In this document: piece by piece, positions 1 through 6,389 of the stretch
Layout: each line of letters starts with the position of its first letter
Position numbering within the stretch: the first letter of the stretch is position 1
DNA from: Candidatus Moraniibacteriota bacterium
Lineage (GTDB): Bacteria > Patescibacteriota > Minisyncoccia > CAIUEV01
Length of the DNA stretch: 32,000 nucleotides
NCBI GenBank assembly: GCA_016867255.1
Contig: VGKB01000001.1
Span: forward strand, 1 to 32,000
Direction: 5' to 3'
Notes under the pieces: generated by a model
Told to the model about the DNA's origin: nothing
The model's input: the letters and a program-made list of their open reading frames with translations, nothing else
The model's database searches: none
Made by a program: the position numbers and the translations under genes

Positions 1-91
1 AAATATCATCACATTTTGCGTCTTCGGGAAAATATTTCCCAACGGACGGTTTTCTCCATCTCCCCTTTTGGGTTAAAGAGGAATTTATCAT
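1..91 (-). CDS. hypothetical protein; only the N-terminal 30 codons are present because the gene runs off the left edge
   Basis: ATG (rc of 89-91) lies 6 nt downstream of AAGGAGG (rc of 98-104). The frame stays open to position 1 (MINSSLTQKGRWRKPSVGKYFPEDAKCDDI...). No family recognised. Confidence 0.4.
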   Translation of the reverse strand, partial: MINSSLTQKGRWRKPSVGKYFPEDAKCDDI

Positions 92-130
92 CGCCCACCT
101 CCTTTTTTGGCGTCTTTGAAGACAAAACAG

Positions 131-161
131 ATTATATTGCTACATTAATTTAATTTGTCAA
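131..161 (-). promoter_or_regulatory. candidate sigma70-type promoter for the edge gene
   Basis: On the minus strand, TTGACA (rc of 156-161) is followed by a 17-nt spacer and then AATATAAT (rc of 131-138), about 40 nt upstream of the AAGGAGG-ATG. Confidence 0.35.
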
Positions 162-250
162 GGTTATCGGTATAAAAACCGGAAATTTTTGCGGTGAGTA
201 TTCTCAAATTCTTACTTGCCCGCCCATGGAGGGAGAATATTAGAATAGTT

Positions 251-811
251 TTATGTGATTTTTTTACGTATTTCTTTTCTTAACTGCTTATATTGAGGGG
301 CCTGACGTGCAACCAGTTCCCAAAATCGCCGTGAGTGGTTCATTTCCTTGAGGTGGCAGAGCTCGTGAATGATTATGTAGTCCATATATTTGCGTGGCAG
401 AAGCGCGATTTTATAATTGAAATTTAAATTTCTTTTCCGGGAGCAGCTTCCCCAGCGGGAGCTTTGATTGCGGATAGAAATTTTTTGGTAAGGAAATTGA
501 TAATATTGGTTGATTTCTTCCACTCTTCTTTTAATGAGAGTCGCAGCCGATTTTTTAAATTTTTGGTATTCTTTTTTATTCTTTCCCAAACCTTGATTAT
601 GGCCAATGGAGCGCATTTTTGCGATGTTTCTTAGGACCCAGCCGCTTTTTTCCCGCAGGAAGTTTTCCGCGGTTCTAAGGGCGGCAAAGTAAGGCAAAGT
701 AACAAAGACTTCTCCGCCGGGACGAATGGAGAGCGTTATTCTTTTGCTCAGGCGGCTTCTTTTCAGTAAATAAGTAATTTTATTGCCTTGTAAGACGGTA
801 TGTTTTTTCAC
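251..811 (-). CDS. DUF45/YgjP-like zinc metallohydrolase (M48/SprT-like HExxH protein)
   Basis: 186-aa ORF. The C-terminal HELCHLKEMNHSRRFW matches the HExxH...NHS..FW signature of the DUF45 family. Confidence 0.8.
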   Translation of the reverse strand: MKKHTVLQGNKITYLLKRSRLSKRITLSIRPGGEVFVTLPYFAALRTAENFLREKSGWVLRNIAKMRSIGHNQGLGKNKKEYQKFKKSAATLIKRRVEEINQYYQFPYQKISIRNQSSRWGSCSRKRNLNFNYKIALLPRKYMDYIIIHELCHLKEMNHSRRFWELVARQAPQYKQLRKEIRKKIT

Positions 812-991
812 CGGATTATTGCTGAAAGCGTATTTTGCCGAGAGATGAAATTATTACAAAATTATTTTTCTGAGATTTTTTGCATCAAGCGGAGTAAATT
901 CCTTAGGGCCTACGCGTTTACTCTTCCGAACAAAAAAGACAAACAAGCTAATTGCTTTTTTAATTGCTAGCCCAACTTTTAACGGCCAGCA

Positions 992-1228
992 TTATTTTTT
1001 ATCCATCTTTGGAGGCATAAGCACCATATAAACGGCGGAGATTCCAACCAAAAGATAAATTATCCTTGACAATGTGGTCATTTCGCCGAAGATAGCTTTT
1101 ACCAAATCAAGTTTAATAAGTCCCACTAAGCCCCAGTTTAGTCCACCGATCACCAGAAGAACCAACGCTATCCAACTAATAACGTCTTTTTTGTCTTTTT
1201 CTTCTTTAGTTTCCTCCATAAATACCAC
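992..1228 (-). CDS. DUF378-family small membrane protein
   Basis: 78 aa with two predicted TM helices and the GGLNWGLVG motif typical of DUF378. Confidence 0.75.
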   Translation of the reverse strand: MVFMEETKEEKDKKDVISWIALVLLVIGGLNWGLVGLIKLDLVKAIFGEMTTLSRIIYLLVGISAVYMVLMPPKMDKK

Positions 1229-1345
1229 CCCCTTTCTTTTTCCGCTGTAAGTTATAAGCCATAAGCTTTAAGACAAATGTAGCATTTTTTTATGAGCGTA
1301 GGAATAATTCGTTAAAACTTTTTGCTTGTTGCCAGTAGCCGAAAA

Positions 1346-1918
1346 TTACCAGTTTTCTCCCAGCATTTCAAAGTGTGCTTGCGGATGGTCGCAAGCCGGG
1401 CATTTTTCCGGTGCCTCTGCTCCTTCGTGAATAAAACCGCAATTACGACAACGCCATTTGATAGGTTGGTCTTTTTTGAATACTTTTCCTTCTTCAATAT
1501 TTTTCAGGAAGCCAAGATATCTTTTTTCGTGCTGTTTCTCAGCTACGGCGATGCTTTTGAACACCTCTGCGATTTCAGTAAATCCTTCCTCTTCGGCTAT
1601 TTTGGCAAACTGGGGATACATATTGGTCCATTCGTGGTTTTCTCCGCCGGCTGCTGCTTTCAAGTTTTCTGCGGTAGCGCCGATCACGCCGGCGGGAAAG
1701 CCGGCGCTAATCTCTACTTCCCCGCCCTCCAGAAATTTAAACAGTCTTTTGGCGTGCTCTTTTTCGTTGTCGGCGGTTTCCGTAAAAATAGCAGAAATCT
1801 GTTCGAAGCCTTCCTTTTTTGCCGCTGAAGCGTAGTAGGTGTAGCGGTTGCGCGCTTGGCTTTCTCCCGCGAAGGCGGTTAAGAGATTTTTTTCGGTTTG
1901 GGATCCTTTTAATTTCAT
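1346..1918 (-). CDS. rbr: rubrerythrin
   Basis: 190 aa. Ferritin-like diiron ExxH motifs (EKEHAKR, EKQHEKR) are followed by a C-terminal rubredoxin-like CRNCG...CPAC. Confidence 0.95.
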   Translation of the reverse strand: MKLKGSQTEKNLLTAFAGESQARNRYTYYASAAKKEGFEQISAIFTETADNEKEHAKRLFKFLEGGEVEISAGFPAGVIGATAENLKAAAGGENHEWTNMYPQFAKIAEEEGFTEIAEVFKSIAVAEKQHEKRYLGFLKNIEEGKVFKKDQPIKWRCRNCGFIHEGAEAPEKCPACDHPQAHFEMLGENW

Positions 1919-2008
1919 GATTGTGTAGTTAAAAATTTCAAAGTTTATCAGATTATAGATTTTGTCTTTGTATTTTTGCTTTCTGAACTTTTACACTTTC
2001 AAAAATTT

Positions 2009-2419
2009 CTAAACTCTTGTTACCCACAATCTATGTAAATTACAGTATTCATACACCGCGACTACTTCTTCCGGCGAAACGTTGAATTCCATCTCAGGTT
2101 TATCCTTGGGACTTAGGTGTTTTCGGCAAATCCGGCCATCCTTTCTCTCAACCTTAATCCATTCAATAGAGTGGGCTTCTTCCATCGGATGAGGCACGCT
2201 GCCGATCTTTACCAAAATTCCTTTTTCAGTTTTTTCTATCACCGGCAGATGTTTTTCTGTGAGTCCCACTTCTTCGGTTTTCTCTAGTTGGAGGAGCATT
2301 GGCTGTCCGCAGCAGACCAATTCTCCTTGCCCCTCATGTAAAACTTCCACGATATTCCCGCAAATTTCGCACTTATAAATTTGTCCTCTAGTTGTCATAA
2401 TTTTTTGGTTAATTGTCAT
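2009..2419 (-). CDS. dfx: desulfoferrodoxin (2Fe superoxide reductase)
   Basis: 136 aa. N-terminal desulforedoxin-type site YKCEICGNIVEV...VCCGQPM, plus SOR centre II residues (HPMEEAH, CNLH). An alternative start is the second Met, 21 nt downstream. Confidence 0.9.
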   Translation of the reverse strand: MTINQKIMTTRGQIYKCEICGNIVEVLHEGQGELVCCGQPMLLQLEKTEEVGLTEKHLPVIEKTEKGILVKIGSVPHPMEEAHSIEWIKVERKDGRICRKHLSPKDKPEMEFNVSPEEVVAVYEYCNLHRLWVTRV

Positions 2420-2424
2420 TAATA

Positions 2425-2700
2425 TTATAGCATATCCTTAGCGTGAGAAAAAGTTAAATGGGAAGCATCGTGAATCAAGCCGGCAATTTGCTCTTCGAGG
2501 CAAGCATTATATTTTTTAAGCAAAATAAAAACGCCCATTGAGTGTTCAAAACGAGTTCGGGGGATCCCAGAAAACCAGGGTTTGGAGTAGCCGGCCTGGT
2601 CAATTCCTTTAAGCCGCTGGATAGAAGGACAATTTATTAGTTCTAGTATAATCGGTTCGGTAATTTTAATTTTCCCGTAAATGCGGTCAGTATAAATCAT
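2425..2700 (-). pseudogene. HD-domain phosphohydrolase, N-terminal fragment only
   Basis: The 91-aa ORF has the RFEHSMGV and LIHDASH..FSH motifs of HD phosphohydrolases but stops shortly after the HD dyad. The stop is 5 nt before the dfx start, so the distal Asp and the rest of the domain are missing. Confidence 0.55.
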
Positions 2701-2763
2701 TTTTCAAATTTATCTTTGTCAAAACTTCCTCAAAATATTTTTTCCCAGTTTTCTTGCGAATAA

Positions 2764-2952
2764 TCATTTTCTCTTTTTGTTTAACTTTTTTCGCATTTTT
2801 TCAAAGTTTTTCGCCGACATTAAAACCGTACGGGGTTTGCCTTTAACGGTAATAATATAGACCATGCCTGGTTTTCTTTGTAATTCATCGGAAATCTCGA
2901 ATAATCTTTTTCGAGCCTCTGTTATCGTGATAATGTTTTTCAGAGGGAACAT
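2764..2952 (-). CDS. Phd/YefM-type antitoxin-like protein with no intact toxin partner
   Basis: 62 aa. ITITEARKRLFEI....YIITVKGKPRTVLMSAKNFEKM follows the Phd/YefM N-terminal pattern. Its TGA overlaps (ATGA) a 26-codon stub ORF. Confidence 0.55.
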   Translation of the reverse strand: MFPLKNIITITEARKRLFEISDELQRKPGMVYIITVKGKPRTVLMSAKNFEKMRKKLNKKRK

Positions 2953-3046
2953 TTTACCTGATTTAATATATGTGCATAATAATGTACATCATAATTTATG
3001 TCAAATCCTTTCCAACAACTTAATTTTGTTATAGGTTACCTTTAAA

Positions 3047-3123
3047 CGGGGTATGGCCTAACTGGCTAAGGCGCCTGCTTTGGGAGCAGGAGATTCTGGG
3101 TTCGAATCCCAGTACCCCGACCA
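3047..3123 (+). tRNA. tRNA-Pro (anticodon UGG), CCA encoded
   Basis: Manual cloverleaf: acceptor CGGGGTA/TACCCCG, D arm GCCT/AGGC, anticodon stem CCTGC/GCAGG with loop TTTGGGA, T arm CTGGG-TTCGAAT-CCCAG, discriminator A followed by CCA. Confidence 0.9.
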
Positions 3124-3187
3124 AACTCTAGCGTAGGGATTATTAGTGTGATAATAATAGAGTGAAGTTATCTTTTAAATAGATTTT

Positions 3188-3478
3188 ATGGCTAGTGTAA
3201 ATCTGCAAAAAATTACTCCTCTGCTCGAACGAAATTATGTTTCCCGCGCCGGAGTGTTCGGATCCTATGCCCGTAACGAGGCTTCAGAAGAAAGCGACGT
3301 TGATTTATTGGTCAGGTTTGAGAAAGCCAGAAGCCTTTTGGAAATTATCCGATTGGAAAGAGAAATTTCGCATATTTTAGGCAAAAAAGTCGATTTAGTA
3401 ACCGAGCCATCTTTAAATCGGCATTTAAGAAAATATGTCCTTGACGACCTAAAAGTATTTTATGAAAAAAGACGATAG
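3188..3478 (+). CDS. mntA: MntA-type minimal nucleotidyltransferase (antitoxin of the HepT/MntA module)
   Basis: 96 aa with GVFGSYARNEASEESDVDLLV (the GS...D.D polymerase-beta NTase motif). It overlaps the downstream DUF86 gene by 17 nt. Confidence 0.85.
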   Translation: MASVNLQKITPLLERNYVSRAGVFGSYARNEASEESDVDLLVRFEKARSLLEIIRLEREISHILGKKVDLVTEPSLNRHLRKYVLDDLKVFYEKRR

Positions 3479-3785
3479 CGTTTATGTAAATCACATTTTA
3501 GACTCAATTGCGAAAATCGAAGACTTTATCAAAGATCTTGATTTTGATAAATTTTCGGAAAATTTCTTAGCTCAAAGTGGAGTTATTCGGGAATTGGAAG
3601 TAATCGGAGAAGCTTCTAAGAACTTATCTCCAGAATTTATTGATTCTCTACCTGATATTCCATGGAGAGACATCGCGGACATGAGAAACAAGCTTATTCA
3701 CGAATATTTCAATATCGACCTCGAAGCGGTTTGGAAAACGGCGACGGAAGATTTACCCGAATTAAAAAAGGGCTTGAAAAAATAA
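3462..3785 (+). CDS. hepT: HepT (DUF86/HEPN) toxin
   Basis: 107 aa with the RNKLIHEY motif (Rx4HxY HEPN RNase motif). Translationally coupled to mntA. Confidence 0.85.
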   Translation: MKKDDSVYVNHILDSIAKIEDFIKDLDFDKFSENFLAQSGVIRELEVIGEASKNLSPEFIDSLPDIPWRDIADMRNKLIHEYFNIDLEAVWKTATEDLPELKKGLKK

Positions 3786-3906
3786 TTGAGCAATCTGGCT
3801 CGGCTACTCGATAAATCTTTTCTTGGATAGAATAATGTTGAGGCATAATCGGAGCTGATTGCTTAAACAGCCCAATGGACAAGCCGAGACCGAATCATAG
3901 CAATAA

Positions 3907-3951
3907 GACCCGGACTGGAAACAACAAAACTTCCACCGGGTCTTTCTTTTT
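3907..3951 (+). terminator. rho-independent terminator downstream of hepT
   Basis: GACCCGG-ac-TGGAA / TTCCA-CCGGGTC forms a 12-bp stem with a 2-nt bulge and a 10-nt loop, followed by TTTCTTTTT. Confidence 0.6.
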
Positions 3952-3972
3952 GTCTAAAAAAGTTTTAAGCTA
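3937..3972. repeat. 36-bp direct repeat, copy 1 (identical to 4950-4985)
   Basis: CGGGTCTTTCTTTTTGTCTAAAAAAGTTTTAAGCTA is identical at both sites. It starts inside the 3' arm of the hepT terminator. Confidence 0.95.
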
Positions 3973-4154
3973 CCCGGTAGCAAATCACCGCCTTGTTGTA
4001 AAGGTAGAACCGGAACCCCATTATCCCAGTTATGCGACGGGACAAATTCGACAGGGCAAGTCTCCACCTTGACAACCGCTCCGCACCACAAAGGATGCGG
4101 GGTAAGCCCACAACTCCGACACAGACAGTATTAATGAGATTTTTAGAAAAGTAT

Positions 4155-4811
4155 TTATCTAACAAACTTCCTTAAATCGGATTCAACCAGTATTCTTTGA
4201 ATGTCAGTATAGGTTATCATTGTTTGAAGCGGCTTGGTGCTGGACTTTCTGTCTTTTTTATCAATCAGCGAAAATCCCACGTATTCAATTTTTCTGGCCG
4301 TCCTCTTCCTTACCCAATCTATTGCGGGTACTAAATCGCTATCGGAACTCACCACGATAGCAGTATCGTATTTTCTATCAACCGCGCCGGCGATTAAATC
4401 CGTCGCTAGTTTTACGTCTATGCCTTTTTCCCTCGTCGTTTTGTATTCGATGAACTTTACTCCTTTTTTGTGCAGATTTTTATAGCCGGCAACCCTGTTA
4501 TCGATAGTTATTCTTTCTATGCGGCTTCTCAGTTTGCTAGTTTTTATCTCCCATCCGCCTTTTTTGAGAACAGTTAAAAATTTTGTTTGTCTTGACATTG
4601 CCTCTTTACTTCTTAAGTTACCGACTTCTTCCCTTACCGTTCCGGTATAATATCTTTTACCATGTTGGGATATATTTCTGCCGTTGGCTAGAAATTTGGC
4701 AAATTCATCAAAGGAAAAATTAATATCTTTCCCTCCTATTTTTTTGAGAGCCAGATGGTAAAAATTTCCTCCATCAATAAATATTTGTACAGTTTCTTTC
4801 TTGGTTTTCAT
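4155..4811 (-). CDS. NYN-domain (LabA/DUF88-like, PIN-fold) putative ribonuclease
   Basis: 218 aa with IFIDGGNF, EKGIDVKLATDL and VVSSDSDLVPAI, the acidic motifs of PF01936 NYN domains. Confidence 0.8.
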   Translation of the reverse strand: MKTKKETVQIFIDGGNFYHLALKKIGGKDINFSFDEFAKFLANGRNISQHGKRYYTGTVREEVGNLRSKEAMSRQTKFLTVLKKGGWEIKTSKLRSRIERITIDNRVAGYKNLHKKGVKFIEYKTTREKGIDVKLATDLIAGAVDRKYDTAIVVSSDSDLVPAIDWVRKRTARKIEYVGFSLIDKKDRKSSTKPLQTMITYTDIQRILVESDLRKFVR

Positions 4812-4858
4812 ATTTAGTTCATGCTAGAGCAACAGAAAATTTTGGTCAAAATTTGGCC

Positions 4859-4895
4859 AAAAAAAATCCTGCACACTGCCGAAGCAGGCGCAGGA
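4859..4895 (-). terminator. intrinsic terminator within the 5' leader of the NYN gene
   Basis: The minus strand reads UCCUGC-GC-CUGC-UUCG-GCAG-UGU-GCAGGA followed by U8. It lies 48 nt upstream of the NYN ATG and downstream of a candidate promoter. Confidence 0.6.
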
Positions 4896-4909
4896 GACTT
4901 TCTAATAGT

Positions 4910-4937
4910 AGGATACAACAGATAACCCATTTGTCAA
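4910..4937 (-). promoter_or_regulatory. candidate promoter reading into the leader terminator and NYN gene
   Basis: On the minus strand, TTGACA (rc of 4932-4937) is followed by a 16-nt spacer and TATCCT (rc of 4910-4915). Confidence 0.35.
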
Positions 4938-4949
4938 ATTTTTTACCTT

Positions 4950-4985
4950 CGGGTCTTTCTTTTTGTCTAAAAAAGTTTTAAGCTA
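4950..4985. repeat. 36-bp direct repeat, copy 2 (identical to 3937-3972)
   Basis: Exact 36/36 match to copy 1. It lies 64 nt upstream of tRNA-Thr. Confidence 0.95.
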
Positions 4986-5048
4986 TTCAGTTGTGGTTGT
5001 GGCATTTGAAAATATGCTATATTCAATTAATATTATTAGTAGTATAAT

Positions 5049-5121
5049 GCCAAGATAGCTCAGATGGTAGAGCACATCCATGGTAAGGATGGGGTCGCGG
5101 GTTCAATTCCCGCTCTTGGCT
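5049..5121 (+). tRNA. tRNA-Thr (anticodon GGU), CCA not encoded
   Basis: Manual cloverleaf: acceptor GCCAAGA/TCTTGGC, D arm GCTC/GAGC, anticodon stem CATCC/GGATG with loop ATGGTAA, T arm GCGGG-TTCAATT-CCCGC, discriminator T. Confidence 0.9.
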
Positions 5122-5131
5122 CAAAAACATA

Positions 5132-5220
5132 AAACATAAAACATGAAACGGAGGAATGAACCCTCCCAACTCGGTGTGAAGATGACGTTTATTAAGTTTC
5201 AAGTTTCAAGTTTTATGTTT
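5132..5220. repeat. 18-nt inverted repeat forming a long hairpin just 3' of tRNA-Thr
   Basis: AAACATAAAACATGAAAC (5132-5149) pairs with GTTTCAAGTTTTATGTTT (5203-5220) with one mismatch. An inner GGAGG/CCTCC hairpin lies within the loop. Confidence 0.7.
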
Positions 5221-5224
5221 CATG
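5196..5224 (+). repeat. 29-nt GTTTCAAG-type dispersed element, copy A
   Basis: GTTTCAAGTTTCAAGTTTTATGTTTCATG is 26/29 identical to 15236-15264 and to the reverse complement of 7674-7702. It ends 7 nt before the GTG start at 5232. Confidence 0.8.
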
Positions 5225-5231
5225 AATATCT

Positions 5232-5870
5232 GTGGAAAACAAAAACATAATAAAGATATTGCGCTGGCCGCTAGTTTGGATGGTAATCTTTCTCACCGCG
5301 GGAGGATTGGGAAGCTGGATATTATTTTGGAAGGTGGAGCAGGCGGAAGGGGAGCTGGAAACGCTCAAAAAGGATTATGAGATAAAACTGGCCGACGTCC
5401 AATCTTACGCGGAAGCAAAAGAAAATTACCAAAAAAACAAGCAATTGGGCAGCGAGCTTAAAAAGATGCTGGTAGGCCGGGAAGATACCTTGGGCTTGAT
5501 TGAGGAGCTAGAAAAAGCGGCCGCGGCCGCTGGCGTTTACCTCAAAACCAATGTGGGTACCGAACCGGGATCAAATAAAATTCTCTCCGGTATTGGCCAG
5601 ACCGGCTCCGGTAAAAACAAAAGTGCAGGCAAAAATGAAGAGCAGGACAAGGAAGTATGGCTCCAACTAAACGTTGAAGGAAAATATTTGAATGTCCTTC
5701 AATTTATCACATATTTAGAAAATTCCTATCGGCTGGTTTCAGTAGAAGGAATTAAAATCTCCCAAGCCCAGGAAATTATCGCGGAAGGATTTTTCCAAAA
5801 TCAGGAAGCGGCGGCGCCGGGCGATTTAAAAGCGGAGATTTTAATTACTAACGGCCGGAGCAGTCCCTAA
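5232..5870 (+). CDS. PilO-like type IV pilus assembly protein (tentative)
   Basis: 212 aa with a GTG start, an N-terminal TM helix, a coiled coil, and a C-terminal LNVEGKYLNVLQFITYLENSYRLVSVEGIKI that resembles the PilO core. Confidence 0.5.
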   Translation: MENKNIIKILRWPLVWMVIFLTAGGLGSWILFWKVEQAEGELETLKKDYEIKLADVQSYAEAKENYQKNKQLGSELKKMLVGREDTLGLIEELEKAAAAAGVYLKTNVGTEPGSNKILSGIGQTGSGKNKSAGKNEEQDKEVWLQLNVEGKYLNVLQFITYLENSYRLVSVEGIKISQAQEIIAEGFFQNQEAAAPGDLKAEILITNGRSSP

Positions 5871-5887
5871 ATTACTAATTTCATAGT

Positions 5888-6178
5888 ATGGTTTTGTTTA
5901 AGAAGCGCGTGGATGATTATATTTCTAAAATTGCCTTGCTGATTGCGATTGCTCTGTTTCTTTTGGCTTTCTGGGGGGTATTTTATTTTATTATTCGGTT
6001 TTTAGAGGTGGGGTCTTATTCTGCTCCCCAAGAAGTTAAACCTCAGAACAACCAAATAACGATTGACGGAGACGGCGGGATAAATCAGTACATCCAAGAA
6101 AGAAGCCAAAAAAGACAAAAGGCCCTTACGCCGCTTTTCTTGAAGGAGGGGGAAAAAGATCCCTTCTCCCTACCGTGA
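5888..6178 (+). CDS. small membrane-anchored hypothetical protein, possibly a pilus-assembly partner
   Basis: 96 aa with one TM helix and a C-terminal KDPFSLP reminiscent of the PilP RDPF motif. It lies 17 nt after the PilO-like gene. Confidence 0.45.
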   Translation: MVLFKKRVDDYISKIALLIAIALFLLAFWGVFYFIIRFLEVGSYSAPQEVKPQNNQITIDGDGGINQYIQERSQKRQKALTPLFLKEGEKDPFSLP

Positions 6179-6203
6179 TTGCAGCTGAGTAACACAACCG
6201 GGT

Positions 6204-6360
6204 GGTTACAAAACTCAACTTTTTTAATTTTTTTGTATCCAGCTCGCATTGCAGTTAATGCCTCGCAGGCGACCTGCCCGCCGAAGCCCCTGCCTGCCGG
6301 CAGGCAGATCGGCGCAGGCGGGCGCTCCACAAAAAAATTAAAATGAGGAGTTTCGTAACC
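6204..6360 (+). mobile_element. 157-bp MITE-like hairpin element, copy A
   Basis: 150/157 identical, with no gaps, to the reverse complement of 13684-13840 by manual alignment. It has AT-rich terminal inverted repeats and a GC-rich palindromic core. Confidence 0.8.
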
Positions 6361-6389
6361 ATTACAACTAATTATACAACTCTCAATTT

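Noticed and set aside
1322-1835. Plus-strand ORFs of 168 aa and 125 aa overlapping rubrerythrin
   Set aside because: They are antisense to a clearly recognisable rbr gene, have low-complexity Ser/Phe/Cys-rich translations and match no motif. They are shadow ORFs.
3786-4154. RNase P RNA, tmRNA, SRP RNA or 6S RNA in the hepT/NYN convergent spacer
   Set aside because: I looked on both strands for GGAAAGUCC and ACAGAA..GGCUUA (RNase P), a GGUUCGA T-arm with a CCACCA tail (tmRNA), and GGAA-closed helix 8 with AGCAGCC (SRP). None is present, only loose resemblances. The region is left as unassigned.
3875-4165. Overlapping ORFs of 65 aa (+) and 66 aa (-)
   Set aside because: They have no RBS, mutually overlap, have odd composition, and lie across terminator and repeat sequences.
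4851-4866. 14-nt identity ATTTGGCCAAAAAA shared with 17725-17738
   Set aside because: The match is short, dominated by an A-run that is the U-tail of a minus-strand terminator in both places, and within chance expectation for a window of this size.
5043-5048. TATAAT hexamer directly abutting the tRNA-Thr 5' end as its -10 box
   Set aside because: A start site about 7 nt downstream would fall inside the mature tRNA. A more distal TTGAAA-16-TAATAT arrangement is more plausible but weak, so no promoter was called.
6085-6330. 81-aa minus-strand ORF (MERPPAPICLPAGRGFGG...)
   Set aside because: It is a translation across the GC-rich core of the 157-bp repeat. The inverted twin at 13684-13840 contains no equivalent ORF of 60 aa or more in the ORF track.
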